NCBI GenBank assembly: GCA_043228905.1
Contig: JBHGNT010000016.1
Location: 6,758,001 to 6,822,000, forward strand
From: Azolla caroliniana
Taxonomy: Eukaryota > Plantae > Polypodiophyta
DNA length: 64,000 nucleotides
Direction of reading: 5' to 3'
The first letter of the stretch is position 1, and the number at the start of each line of letters is the position of its first letter. The translations under genes were made by a program, and so were the position numbers. The notes beneath the pieces were generated by a model. It saw nothing but the letters and a program-made list of their open reading frames with translations, did not search any database and was not told the origin of the DNA. Shown piece by piece: positions 1 to 14,814 of the stretch.

Positions 1-329
1 TATGAAGTTGCACTTGTTAAATCATTTGTTTGGGGTTGCACTTGTTAAATAATTTATTTGGCATTTTAATTTTAATAGAAAAGAACTATGTAACCCTCAA
101 TGTTAATAATATTCTTCACTAATATTCATGTAATTATAGCCTCAACTTTGACCAAGCATATATATGTACATATGTCACTTGAAAAAGAAACTGTTTTTTA
201 TTTCTTATGCATGTAAGCATTTTTTAGTATTTCTTGTAACTATAATCTAGAACATGATAAAAAAATAAAAAAATATTTTTTTTTATTTTATTTTTTTTGG
301 GGGGGGGATCTATAATCTAGAATACACTT

Positions 330-1590
330 GTTCATAGTACCTTGTTATGTCACAATATATATTCAACAATACCCTATATAATCACTTAATGATGATAGTT
401 GTAGAGTCTCCTTATGATGCAAATTTGATACAATCGATCTCTTTTGAAATTGTTAGGTCAACTTTGGCCATTTGCAATCATCAATGTGTTTGTTGGCAAT
501 TTGAGGCTATAGGCATCAACATGATTACTTTAGGAGTTAACTCTCTTCCAAGTTTACCCAAGATCACTTATGTCCTCAGAGATAGTTAATTGAAAAGAAT
601 TTAGCATACATCTAAATGTACTTGAATGTGTATAATCCATTTGCTTCAACACGGTCTTTGCATCCATTTTAGTGAGAATCGTTGCCTAATTTTAGAAACT
701 TCACACACAAGATTCCATCAATATTGTGATACAATCGAGAGGGCTTGAACTCACACACTTGCTCCATGCTTTGTGATCAATGTTGTTTTGTTATAGTCAC
801 CCTCGCTTTTCGAGCAAAGATTCCATGATAGTTTTCTAAAAATCTTGCTTGTCACTTTGACTCCATTTAATAGTTTCCCAAAAAATTTACCTATCAAGTA
901 TGTGATAGTGTTTTCAAAATCATATATTTCAACGCATGCTATCATGACAATTATAAATGGAATTCAAACAAATTCTCCATCTTTTTCAATGTCTAATTAA
1001 CATTTGATCATTTCAATCTTTCCAAATTTCAAACACACAATTCCATTTCATATCATGAATTTCTAGGTCATCCAATTATGTTAACATACGATCATGCAAA
1101 CACTCTATGTTAAATTTGTTTCTTTACATTCTACATGGAATTTTGCTTAGAGAATCCTTTGTCACAAGCAATGATATTATATGGTATAACCAAAATAGTT
1201 TGCAACAATCACATCAAATTAAGTTGCAAAACATACGCCAAGCCTCGGCCCTCGTGCATAGAATAACCATCACAATTCAAACATAACATATTGATAACGT
1301 CATAGAGTTCCAATTGACAATCCTTTGCATCATGTACTTGTTGAGAGCATGAATTGACATCAATATTTGGTTTTAAGTGAGAAATCAAAATTTCCAACAA
1401 TGTTTTTACGTTGGGATCCCTTACAAGCTACAACATCATCAAGGGTGTAATGGCATGGACTAAATAATTTTGGTACATTAAAGAGGCATGAATTTGGGAA
1501 CCTTGCATTTAGTCAAAGGACAATCTTTCGAACATAATGTTGACATGATTAAATACAACTTTTCATTGATCCATCTATTGGAGCCATCAT
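330..1590 (-). mobile_element. Degenerate hAT-superfamily transposase remnant(s)
   Basis: Broken minus-strand frames give LNARFPNSCLFNVPKLFSP (~1450-1520) and LLQTILVIPYNIIACDKGFSKQN (~1140-1205), which resemble the hAT C-terminal dimerisation motif IPxSxxxCERGFSxQN. Many stops and frameshifts; boundaries approximate. Confidence 0.55.
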
Positions 1591-2653
1591 TCCTTTAGGT
1601 TTGGAATCATTGTGACTAGTTTTATCCATTGGATTTTTCTCCATACATAAATCATGTCCATGTGTAATGCCCTATCTGTCCCATATTTCCAAATATCTAG
1701 CATGTGAGGTAAGGGAAGAGAGAGGTCAAGGTATTTGACTCGATAGAGTATAACAAGGAAGAGATGTAAGAGAAAAGTAGAGGAACTATTGAGTTTCATG
1801 AGGGGGGAGAATATGGAGTGGGGAATTTTATTTTTTATTGTATAAAAAACATCATATATCATAGACTATCATTTGAATAGTTTTTTATAGTTAAATATAA
1901 AAATTACAAATTGTTATGACAAACTTACAACAATTTGCCTTGTCAAGTTTGATTATTTGAAAAAAAAATCTAGTAAAAACAATTAAAATGACTGATAACT
2001 TGCATGATGGTCATAAAAAAACTACACCATTAGTGATGACACCAAAGAGATCATACAATTTCTTACTTTGATTGAAGGTATGTCCCCTCCCCTAGCTTAA
2101 TCTCTATGCCATCACCATTACTAAAATATCCCACAATCTTAAAACCTACCTTTTCACATTACATGTTCGTTTTTCATGAATGAGAATATTATAGATACAA
2201 TTATAATGTAGTTATCTTCATTAAAAGGGAGGTTTTGACAAGATCCCTAGATTATTTTTCGCACTTAACCACTAATGTTTTCTTAATAATGAGCTAATAA
2301 CAAAAGTTATGTACCATAACTTCCTTAAAAGAAGACCATCATCTTGCTAAGTGGAAGGAAAGGTGATTTACTTATTGTTTCTCAAAGAAATCAAAAGTTG
2401 AAATGCATTCTACTTGAGAATCTAGAGTATGTTTGCATTGTTTGGACAGAAAATAAGGACACATTACATGGTAATACTATTCCTTATAAAAATAAGTTTT
2501 TTCACATGCCGTATTTATAGGAATAACTTCTTGTTTTGTTTTAGCTATCAAGCTATTTGAATGAGTGTGACCCAAATCAAATTTGAGATTCGAAGACTAG
2601 TTGAAGCGCAACAAAGTGCGCAATATCACATGTCAAACTAGTTAAATCTTCAT

Positions 2654-2881
2654 CAAGGCTTGGTTAAATTTCTACTTAGTTGAGTCACGAGTGTATGTCA
2701 ACTCACTCAATCAAGATGTACAACATCAAGTATTTGGTTAAGTGAAATATACTCAAGTCAAGGGATAATTCAATTGAATGCCAAGTTTGCTTAGTTGAAT
2801 GAGGCAATATATTTCGCATGGTACAAATCTTAGGACAAGATAATGTTGCAAGCCATGATCTTAAGTTTTAACCAAGCCCCA
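2654..2881. mobile_element. Possible short MITE
   Basis: Terminal inverted repeat GGCTTGGTTAAA ... TTTAACCAAGCC around ~230 bp of non-coding DNA; no clean TSD found. Confidence 0.35.
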
Positions 2882-3598
2882 CCTTATGATACTTTACGTA
2901 AGTAAAGTGGTTAATTATAATGTTTGAGCTAAGAAACCATCTATTCCAGCAATCATGAATAATAATATGATGGCCAAATGTTTTATGTGAATATTTAAAG
3001 CCCTATCCGAAGGTTTCCTAAAGTCCATAGAGACATATCAAGCACTTAGCTTGGAGTGTATGTTTTGTAATCAGTTCAACTTTGCTCAAAATTCCAATAA
3101 TGCCCGCAAGCCAATTTCGACAACAAACATTGTTTTCCTTTGCAAAATCAGCCATGAATCCTTCTCTAATGATAGACAAACCCATAAGCCTCACAAATAA
3201 GGTAGTTTCTAGATTTTAAAATTTAGGGGAAATTCAAGGAACACGAGAGAAAAAACAAAATTCAATGTATATGCAACAAATTTATAACTACATTACACAC
3301 TTTTAAGCTAGCAAGTAAAAACATCCTAGAAAATTCGATCAAATTTCTCCCCCTGAATTCGACACAATGCCACCGAAAAGCTCACCAAATTAAGAGAGAT
3401 AATGTATTTCGGGGAAAAAGAGAAGCAACTCATTTTGTACAATTAATTAATGGAATGTTTTGGGGGGGCACATTATTACCATCATATATCAACATAAAGA
3501 TCATCATGAAAGGGTAATTGCATGATTAGTTAGGTTAATGTATAATGATTAGTTAGGGGGGAAGATGAAGAAGAACACAAGAGCTTCTTTCACAAATG

Positions 3599-5172
3599 TT
3601 AGGGGTTATAGAGTCGATTTCCGCATGTGCACTTCCAACCCTCGGGCTTGTAGTCGGAGGAGCTACTATAAGACGAGGATGCGCGTAATTGGGGCGTCTC
3701 GGGGTGCCGGCCGATCATATGGGCGGGGGTGGCGGTTCCGGGATCCGAACCGGACATCGGCCGGTCAAGGCTACTCTTACTAGCCACGGAGTTTCTACTA
3801 GACTCCCCGGTGGCCACACGTTGCTCAGCATTCCCGTGTGTCGAGGCGAGATTGGTGGGCACTTGCACCGCCTCGCACGGGCGGCACACGTTACACTTGC
3901 TTTCACACGTGGGCGGTCGTGAGCCCATCGTCATCATCATCGCCTCCCGCTTCCTAACCCTAATCTCCTCCTCTTCTTCTTCCTTTCGGGGCCTCTCGTA
4001 TACGATCCGGCCCACCGTGTCTAATAATCCCGCTTCCCTCCTCAATGTCTCGTCGATCTTCATCGTAGTACCTAAAATCAAAAAAAGGATTTTCTTTTTG
4101 TGTTTTTTGAACAGTCTTGAAACATTAGTGACCAATGGCCTGAATCATTAAGCCAATCAATGCCTCCACCTCATCTAAATCTTAGTAGTCAGCATCATGT
4201 ACTTCTTAGTCAAGGTCATGTACCTCTTAGTCAATTAAGATCATGTACCTCTTAGTCAACATCTTCTTCTTATGTCAAGATCATGTTCCTCTTAGTCAAC
4301 AATCTTGTACTTCTTGGTCAACACATATTGTGCTTCTTAGTCAAGGTCATGTTACTTCTTAGTTAACACCATTTGCTTCCTAGTCAAGGTCATGCACTTA
4401 GTCCACTTCATCTATTGTAGGTTGCTTTGGAAGTCATTGTGAGTCATATTCAAGCTCCATATTTCATCGAATCTTGACTCATTACCTCGACTAATTTAGG
4501 ATTTAGTCAATCTCGACTCGCTTTAATTACTTGACCTCGACCACCACTTTACCCAAATGCTATAATTGGATTAGCTCCAACAAAGTAATGTGGTCAACCA
4601 CAACTAATTATAAAAAACTAGAAACAATGATAAATCTAAAAACTAATCATCGGTGAACTGCAACTAATTACGGTTGATTTTTAAGTTATAACAAAAACAA
4701 ACTTAGGTCGAAATTTGTTTATTTTAAAAGGTTTTCGCAGATTCAAATTAGTGGCTTAAATCTAGTCAAACATAAGAGGGCTTCTACATCTAAACATTAA
4801 ATTATGTAATTAAATGTCTTCATTAGGAAGAGGAGTGGGCAGCATTAATCTATGTATCTAACACAAATCAATTAAACAATTCATTTGTCAACATGATCAC
4901 AGTACCTTTTTAATATATTAATAAGTCCAATATTAAAGAATTCATGTGTATTTAACTTACAATCATAATTATACCCCATACTCTCAAGTCATGAGAATGG
5001 TTTTGTTTTAATTATTAAGTCTTATAATCATACCTTGATTAATGTATTGATGGGGCACTCTAGCTGTGCTAATAACCTCCGGATATTCGATCAAGATGAA
5101 GGCAACAATTGGTAGGGAGGCATGTAATAAGGTTAGGCAAATAGATACATTTAATGAGCTATTGAGGTTCAT
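3599..5172 (-). CDS. EPF/EPFL-family secreted Cys-rich peptide (EPFL1/2/3-like); exons 5172-5034, 4071-3599
   Basis: Exon 1 MNLNSSLNVSICLTLLHASLPIVAFILIEY... is hydrophobic and signal-like; it joins through a phase-1 GT-AG intron to GSRPPTCESKCNVCRPCEAVQVP...DYKPEGWKCTCGNRLYNP, the 6-Cys EPFL signature. Confidence 0.92.
4180..4405. repeat. Degenerate ~21-bp tandem repeat in the EPFL intron
   Basis: About 10 copies of a CTTAGTCAAGGTCATGTACCT-like unit. Confidence 0.8.
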
Positions 5173-5603
5173 GTTAGCCTCTCAGCTAGTTGGGGCATAT
5201 ATGTATATAATTGTGATGAGTTTTTTTATATGAGCACAAGCAAGGGGGGCAAAAAAGTTTAGAAAGCTAATTAAGCAAAGATTAGAGCAAAAGGATTAGG
5301 GTGAGAGGGAGGGGGCATAGAGATTAATACAAATAGTTGGGATGGAGTTGGATAGAGAGAGAGAGAAAGTTAGATGAGTAAGAGTGAGAGAGTGAGAGTA
5401 CATGTACATGTACATGAGCCTGATTTCATGGGTACACACCTCACACACACACACACACACATAAGCTATAACACAAGCACAAGAGGATGTGTGTGTGTTC
5501 GTCATTTATGTAGAATGTGCATATATGTGTACAAGCCTTACATTACATTGCCTTGTGATTCCCCATAACATTTTTTTGCTTTGGGACTAGCAAACTTGGG
5601 GGG

Positions 5604-5605
<2 letters not shown>

Positions 5606-5700
<95 letters not shown>

Positions 5701-5745
5701 TGTGTGTGAGAGAGAGAGAGAGAATGTGTGTGTGTGTGTGTGTGG
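5606..5745. repeat. (GT)n/(GA)n microsatellite upstream of EPFL
   Basis: Directly visible; a similar tract lies at 6453-6534. Confidence 0.95.
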
Positions 5746-6451
5746 TTGAGTTTGGTTTGGTGTTTTAGCCTAATTGGCTAACATATGGAGGTCATCAAGC
5801 GAGCGCCACATCCCTTGTGCTCGCATCGTGAAGCCCTAAATTCATCACCCATCAAAGCGCCCCTATATCATCCTCATGCTCACACATCAATGGACATCTT
5901 CTGCCATAGCTCCGATATCGATCAACCGTATTCGAATGCTCCAAGGTTGGTATCTAACACTACAACGTCAGCAATCAAGATTGCAACCTTGAGTACAAGA
6001 GTCAAGACCATATGTTGGGGAAAGATTGCCCCTGCCACATGATTGCTATCAACCTCGTCTCTAGTGTGGGTTTTCCATGGTTCTCCTAATATGCAGGTCA
6101 TGCTAACACTAATCTTTTAAGTCTCTACAGGAAACCACAAGGGGACACACAACCCTTCAATTTGGAAGTAACCACGTCTATTTGTGCATATGAGTGTCCC
6201 TAGGTTGGTTGCGATGCATGGATTTCCGAGGAATAAGTTTTTACTTGTCAAAGAGAAAAAGAGTCTAGCGCTCAACGAAAAAGCCGCTATGTTTCATAGT
6301 CCCAACCATCTAATGGATGACTTCATTTAGTGAGATTTGAACAAGGACATGAAATTTGATAATAAATATGGCTTCTAATTAGGGTACAACCCTAATATAA
6401 GGGGGAAAAGATAGACAAGAAAAAAAATAAGAAATAGATTGTGCAAAGCTT

Positions 6452-6521
<70 letters not shown>

Positions 6522-9404
6522 GTGTGCGTGTGTGTTCAAAATTTTAAAAAGAGAGTATATAAAAGCTTTGGAGACCGAGAGAATGTGAGTTTAATGAAAT
6601 GAATGTGTAACTTGTAAAGAGAGCAAACTACATCATTCTTTTCATTGGGGAAATCGAATTGCAAATCATGAATCATGGTAATAACACATAATCCAGAGCC
6701 ATTATAAGAGATGCTCCTAGCAATCAAATAATTCTTGATATGTTGTCTATTGTAACAGACATTGTGCCATTCAAGGAGCGATTGTCATACAATCAATCAA
6801 CACGATGGGTTACAAAACATACTAAACAACAAGTGTTATTTAGCATCACAATGTTTTTTACGAATATTTCTCTCATCTCATGTGACAAAAAGTTTTACAA
6901 AGTTGTGATGACATTCGAATAGATTATGTTACATAAGCAACAAACACATAGGGCAATCGCCCATGAATTGCAGCCAATAATTTGGTTTCTTATCCTTGAT
7001 CTTTTGTCTCTCAATGATATTCTTTCAATTCTTAGCCTCTCCTTTCCACCCTAGTCACTATACATATATGTTTTGTGTATTTCCCTACCCTTGACTCTTT
7101 GGCATGCATGAGCTAATCATTCTTTGCATTTAGAGCATACATGTCGACTTAGGACCATTCATTGTCACTACTTTTTCTTTTAAGGCTCTTAGGATGCAAT
7201 CCTTATTTAATCATAATTCTTACAAGGAATATAGGCTCCTTGTTCCATTATAGCCATTTTCTAGGTTATAGGACTACCACTTGAGACATTAACAATCAAG
7301 CTTTTTCAATGTGTTTGCAAGTCTTGTATGAACGTCATATAATGATATTTAGTTACCTATACATTAGTTAGTGTTGTTGCCATCTAACATGAAATTTCTA
7401 TAATCACATGATCCATCCATCCATAAGTTATTTACCTTATTGATGTATCATATATGTACTATTATAAATACATATCATTGACAAGGCTAGCCAAGAGACT
7501 TGATTAGAGGGCAAGTACGAGAGGATAGATCATAGAGCCTCGAAAGAATCAACTTGAGGATCGACACGATGATTAAATGTTGTATCTATAATAGAGTAAT
7601 ATATTTGGCTTGGTATTTTGTTTGTACAAGCAATTTATAATTCTACGTGTCCATAGCTTTCTTATTTCGTATGGTCCATAGAAAAAACCTAAAATTGTGT
7701 GTACATATCTACATGATTATTATCGGTTACTAAAAAACGTGAAAAAGATGAAAAAGCAGCATATGTAAGTGACCATTGTCCACCCAAAAATGTGGAGAAT
7801 CTCTATTAGAGGATTGGCTCTTGAATACAAGAATGGAAAATAATACATGGTTGCGATGTCCTATGATACCTAGAAAGGGAAGGAAAACAAGACATTATGT
7901 ACTGTGACACAATTTTAAAGCATTGCGCTTATAATTTAGACATAATGGTTTAGATTCAACGCCGCAACAATAAAAATACTATCCTGCTTGTGGATTTAAG
8001 TCTTCAACTATGGGTTTGGTCTTGTGCCCTTCACAAAATTTGAACTTGAGTTCATGTACACTAATTATTTTTGCCAAACAAAGTTGCTATTCAACGTTCA
8101 CACTAACATATTTTCGCATAACAAACAATAAAACCCACATCGCTTGGCCTTAAAAGGCAAGAAGTTAGCTATATGTTCTTCATTGTTCAACATGATGTTT
8201 GGAGGGGAATGAGCTAATAGCATGTTTTCTTTGATACTTAAAAATGATTGGTAAAAGGAAACTTTAACTTGGGAAGAAAAAACATTACCAACATATCAAG
8301 GAAAGCATAATGCCAACAATTCAATGGCAACGAATGTTTAAGGCAAATTGAAGGTAGTCCAAATAATTAAGCTTAATTTTGGCTTCTAAAATGAAAGGGC
8401 GATTTGAGATAATATACATAATTATTTATTATGAAAGGTGACAATTGTTTGAAGAGTGATAACTAGTTGAAGAGCCCATAAGCATTCATGAAGGGCCACA
8501 TCCCTTCACTTCAAAAGTCACAAGAATCGCAATCATTCATATGAAGGGACATGAAGACAAATAGAAAATGCTTTTTTGACCAGCATCTATAACTCATTGT
8601 TGTGATTTAACATATTAAATTACCCACAGTAAAGTCTTGGGCTCAATACCTCTCAACAAATATTAGCATATATAAAGTATTTAATCGAAATATAATTCAA
8701 TGTATTTCAATATTTATAACTTTTTGGTCAAGTACTAAAAGGTATTATGTAGCATTCAAGCATGTAAATGAACTTTGACACAAAGGAAATTCTTTGGCAT
8801 CAACATTACAAGCCAATACTTAATTGTGATTCAACATACATCATACACCTTACAACAAAATTAACATCGGTGGTTATATTTCACTTTTTTGGCACCAACA
8901 TGGTAAGGTCATTGGTGGTGCTTAGTTGTGATTCATACCATACATCTAACACTCTATCAACGACATTAACATCACCAAATGGCCACCCTTACTAGTAGTA
9001 TAATTGCCAGACTACATCCCTTATTGGGGAATTTTGTTGACCCATGGAAAACTTCTTCATGACATTTGGATGGAGTGCTTGTATTGGCTTCACACTATAA
9101 GCTTTTGTCATGAATATAGGAAGAACTAGTGGGAGGATATGCGGATGAGTTGCCATGAGGGTGAGATTATGAGAACAAGAGTGGGTAAATAAAAATAGAG
9201 CAAATGGATGGATTGATGGATGAGTCTAAGCAAGGAGATTGAGTAGCAAATTTAGACAAGTAGAGTCAAATTTCGTGAATCCTTGAGATAAATGGTTTAG
9301 CAAAAAAAGTTTATAAGACTATAAACTAACGTCTAAGACTAGTTTTCATCTACTTGAGATCAATTAGGGATGTTTTTTTTTCTATATTACATAGATGTTA
9401 GCAT

Positions 9405-9448
<44 letters not shown>

Positions 9449-11082
9449 AACTGTCTCATGGGCCAATTTTGGCCTTAGAAGACGTTAATATATCTTTATT
9501 TCTTTCTCTCTTCCTACCCATAAATACATATATGAATTTTATCTAAAGGATAAGATATGTTTTTTCCCACTAAAAGTAAAGATGTGTGTTTTCCACTAGA
9601 AGTAAAGCATCTCGAAATAGACTATGGAATCCAACCATGTGATTTACATGTCGCAAAACCATGTAATTCACTAGGTGTTCGAGTCATTATGTCCTCCTCT
9701 AGCGAAAACTTCCATAATGGTGGGTTTGTACATGTATTGAAGATAGAACTATTGGAACACATAATTGGCGCTTGTTGATAATATATTTGCCATTTTGCAA
9801 GTACCCTTTGACATTGTATAATTATCCATGCTTAAGAACGGGAAACTAACATGATTATTCATATTTTCAATTCATTATCATTCATGTGGTGATAAGGCAA
9901 TGGCATTCAAATGAAGTTGTTTTCATAATGTAGACGAACCTATTTGATGAACCAATTCATCATGCTATGCGATTAAACTAATTGTTAAGTATTTCTTAGG
10001 GGAACACAAGAATTTCAAGATTGAAGGGAAAATTGTTGTTTCCTAGTCAAAAGATTGTTCCTTTAAAGTGGAACGAAAAGTTGGTTTATAATGGTTTCAT
10101 GATATGATTCGATAGCATTTACTCGGAATACATCATGAATCAAAAAATTCATAGGGAGAACTAAAAGGAATTTAAGTAGGTCAATTTCTTCTATTAATGT
10201 TGGACGTTCTTAGTTCGTTGTCTCGTGGGTGAGAAATAGGTAGAAGGTGAGAATGTAAAATAATATGAAAATTGAGTATGCATTGTTAGATTGTGTTATT
10301 TTAGTATGATACCAAAAACTAATTAGGTGGCACAAGGAATGGGAAATTAAAGTTGAAGGATTGGATAATGACCCACCATGTAACATTGGGCATCTCTTCC
10401 CTTGAACCCCCTTGTTATCAGAGACCTTGGATGAGCCTAAGATGTCTATGGTGATTGTTCCTTTAGCCCAATTTCAACAAGCTTCTCCAAGCATAATCTT
10501 GTGGAAGAAATACAAAAGCTTGAGTTAATATTGGTAAATGATATGGAGGCCTTTATATAACATTGAGAAATTATTTGATATTGAAAAAGATGATTGGCTT
10601 GACCTCATCTCTATCATGGCCAATGTCCGCCTTGATAAAAGAGGTGAAGATGTATTGTCAAAACATGCCACACCTGTTGAGAGTCGACACAAGGACTCAA
10701 TTTTGTATATTCAAGACTCATCAAGAGGTTATTGTAGCTAGTGAAAATGCAAAGGTCGAAGAAAATGATCCTAACTTGATTATTTGTTTTGTTTTGTCAA
10801 GTAAACTTCCTCTGCATAAAGGCAACATTACATTCACACACGAAGACGTAAAGTACCTCCATCAAGACTAAATTATTAGCCACTTTGTGACCACCTTTAT
10901 TATAGAGATCATCTTGTCATAAAAGTTCATATAAGTTGAACAATCGTTCTCGCATTTCATCTCCAACTCCAATTATATGAGAATGTCTTTTATGTTCCAC
11001 ATTTATTTATTTTTGTTTCAAAAATCCCAAAATGAATGCATCCATCTATTCGCCAACTTCTTGATGTAAAACAACAAAAAAC

Positions 11083-11320
11083 CAATTAAAGAACAAGGCA
11101 ACTTTGGACCCAACAATGGTTGACGTAGGGCCCAAAGTCACCCTATTCCAAAATTGCTTCATTTCTTGTTCACACACAAATGAAAATATATATGGGTGAT
11201 ATATATGAACATAAAAGCAATTCTGGAATAGGGTGACTTTTAGAACTACATGAATAGACATAAGGCCCAAAGTCACCCTCTTTCAAATTTATTATTTTTG
11301 TTCACACATATGAAAGCATA
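11083..11320. repeat. Alternating inverted/direct repeat (fold-back)
   Basis: Arms 11134-11159 and 11215-11240 (26 bp, 1 mismatch); a third, direct copy starts near 11262. Confidence 0.75.
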
Positions 11321-12889
11321 ACCCACAAGTTTGAGTCATGATTGTGAATTTGGCAATACATCGATCATTGTAGGACCTAGAGTTGTTGTCACAAGAATCT
11401 ACATGAAGGGTCAGAAATTGTTAACTGAACCATAGGGGTTCTCAACCTTGGAAGCTAGGTTTAATTAGATATTGCTCTCTCATCACTTTCTATACTTCAT
11501 GTGGTGTTTACCAATATACATATATTTATGCGCAAGCATGTGTGTAGATGCATTTATGGATAGGATTTTGTATTTGTTGTGTGTGTGGTGTGTGTTTGTG
11601 TGTAAATTTAGTTATATTAATGTTTACATGAACATCTCAATCTATGCAGGCATGTCAAAATGTGTGAATGTATGTGTATGTATGTTTAAATGCATGAGTA
11701 TTGTTGAAGATATGTGTAAATATCAATATGAGCATGTGAATGTTTGCATGAATATGTGGAGAATAGATATGTGCCAATGTGTGCATGTATAAATGAGTGC
11801 TTTCGATATGTGTGTATTAATATACATGTGTGTGTATATACGTGAATATTCTTCTACATATGTGTGCGTAAATGAGTATGTATCGTCTGTTTGTTTGTGT
11901 GCGTGTTATTATGCATCTATGCATGTACTTTGTGTATGTATGCGTATGTGTGCTTGTGCTTGTCTAGATAAGTGCATGCATTGGTATATATTAGTGTATG
12001 TAAAAATTTGTTCTAAATAATGTTTCGGAGTGGTTGCCTAATGTGTATGTTTGTGAATATAAATTGTTTGAGGGATGTATTGCCAGGTAGGTAAGAGCGA
12101 TTATCCTTGTTGACGAAGGAACATCAGCTTTAGTCATTGCATGCCAATTGTCTACTCCCTTCTTGTTTGGTCATTGAGAATAGCCTTCCTCTTCTTCTTT
12201 ACTATCGAGACTACCTTGAAGCTCAAACATGAATCAATTACCACGCTCATCTAGTCATAGCTACTTTGTTACAAATGAAGAAACTTCGTCCACATTTGAG
12301 CTCAATTGAGGGTAGAGCTTGGTATAGAATTCTAATAGTGATTTCTCATTAAACTTGGATAATAAGTAGGTCACTCAACAAGGCAATGTTAAATCATCAA
12401 TTTAAATATACAGGTTTATCTTATGAGTATAATCGTAACCGTAGTACACTAACCTTAGGGTTGGACATGGCTAATTCACAAGGAACAAAGGGTAAGTTGG
12501 GTTATTCTCAACCCAATGGTGGGAGATAACTTTAGAGTATTTCATCACTAGGTTGATTATAATAAAACACCAGAGTATGAAACAAGCAAAAACCTAGGGT
12601 TTCAACCTATATATGAAGGCTAGTTGCCTTGATCAACATTTTTATTACATGGCTCAACATTGGCTTACACTCATCCATTGGCACCACACATTATTCCCAA
12701 TGTGCAATTTGTAAGTTCAGTCATCGCCCAATGAATCGTAGGGAGTACAATATGCTTTCACTAAACCACCACCATAGTGCACACCTAGATGCCATTTGCT
12801 GCACCTCGTTAGCATTCACATACCCTCACTACCACTTCCATTTAACATTCAGCAACAATTTGCTATGATATGAATCAATTCAATAGTAT

Positions 12890-13185
12890 CAAATCCGAAC
12901 CGTTTAAAAATTTTGAAGCTTCAACTTAACTGAAGCAAACCGAACTGGTGGAAAATATCAAAAACCATAAAACTGTTGAAACCGTGGTTTTATGGTTCAG
13001 GTTGACATTCGGTTTTCAAATACCGTCAAACTTCAAAATTTTAAAGATTTTTTTTCAAGCGTAAAACTTAAGCTTCAAAAAGATAGGTTTCAATAAAATA
13101 TTTCTAAATTTTAAAAGCAAAACCGTTTAAACCGAAACGTAAAAACCTGAACAAAACCGACAATTCAACCAGTTAAACTCCGGTG
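12890..13185. mobile_element. AACCG-rich non-autonomous DNA-transposon-like fragment
   Basis: Dense AAACCG/CGGTT motifs typical of subterminal regions of plant non-autonomous elements; termini not resolved. Confidence 0.3.
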
Positions 13186-14814
13186 CCAAATGTTAACTTC
13201 TATAGCAAGTAGCAACATATTCATACATGGAAATTCCACACTGACCAGTCAAAAGCATTGTTTAGGGTTGTTAAGGATTGATTCCAGAACAATATCGAAT
13301 TGGAAAGTACTCTTAAGAGAAAGGGGAAATAGCCACCAGAATGCATCTATGAATGAACAGGATTCTACCAACACAGGTGCATCTCCATATATAGTGTACC
13401 TTAATTTTATACATCATCGCAAGGGAGTCATGGTTTCTCGACCCGCAAAAACCTACATGATTTTCAAGTGTCTACACAATGCCCCTTAATTCACATTACA
13501 TTCTACAAGTTATAGTACACAAAACGGGAATTACATTAACATATCGACAATGACAAATTTGAGAATAGAAAACATTCTGCTCAAGCTCCGAACCCAATAC
13601 TCAGGCATATAACCTAACCACTCAACAACCTAAGTGAAACATGTCATAAACAATGTTGGAAACCAGCAACAAGTATATCTAGTCATCTTTCATATCTTGC
13701 ATTAACAAAATACCCCCACAGTTCCACGTAGACTGCCAAAACTCATGCAAACTGGTTCTACACATTTCAAGTAGACTTTCTCCTTGTTTAAGACTGTGAG
13801 CTTAACTTCCTGTCACGTACTTATGAAACAAAGATTCTATTTTATGTTTTACTAGTTAGCCGAATTTGTTTGTGTCTAATATTGTACAAAGTTCAGGATT
13901 AGATGTTTCCAAATTCTCCTATTGAACAGGAAAACTGATAATAACATAAACTTCACAACATTCAATCATGTCACGCAAAACTCATATTTATGAAAGAACG
14001 CAATCCGAGTCCCATCACATTTCATCAGTTTATATGAATTCCATTTTGAACGGCAATACCAGCACAGTTGATACTACTTACAAACAAAGTGAAATCATAG
14101 ATTATATATTTTGCACATTACCAATATGCATGATAAGACCTAGGTTGCTTGTTTTAACACATTACGATTCTCAATCATTTCAATTTCTGTAATAGTTGTC
14201 ATTTACCAAATCCAGATAATATTGCAAAGATAAAAGAAATACACTTACAAGTGACGGACATTTAGCTATTGTTTTTCAAATGTTCCCAAAACAACTGGGC
14301 CATTCAATGATCAAACTACAGACGGCTGTAGATTTCCAAGCATATACATCTTAAATGTTAACCTTTAATAGGTTAACAGTTTTAGCTTCTTTTCAGCAAT
14401 CTATTTACAGGCATGTAAGCTCTTCAATCCATGTTCGCTACAATATTTATCTCAAATCTGAATTGGCCACTCCAACAAGCCTTATGTTGAACTACCATTC
14501 AATCATCAAGGTGCGGTCAAGCTACATGCGTTCGAAAACAAATTGAACGAAATCGAAAATTAGCGTTCTCCATAAAACCTTACAACATATCTCTTCCTCC
14601 ACGCATTCCACCATCATGAAGCACAACGAGCAACAGAAATCAATCAACTGAGCCAGATCAAAATCCAACTGATAGACCAGTTTGTTTAGTTAAACCCACC
14701 AGTAGAGATAAAAGATCACCGACAAGTATTCCAGAAATCAATGTGTAGAACTAGTAGCTACTTGGTATGCACAACTAATTACATTCATGCACACATGAAG
14801 ATTATAGAAGACCA

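Noticed and set aside
3565-4151. Plus-strand ORFs overlapping EPFL (likewise antisense ORFs over the CBM20, RPS15A, C2orf69, MCU and PPR genes)
   Set aside because: Shadow frames of real coding exons.
8134-8180. CCCACATCG resembling the snRNA USE element
   Set aside because: No recognisable snRNA, 7SL or telomerase-RNA body downstream.
14390-14510. TTGATGA...CTGA possible third C/D snoRNA (minus)
   Set aside because: Only a 3-bp terminal stem and no rRNA or snRNA complementarity I could recognise.
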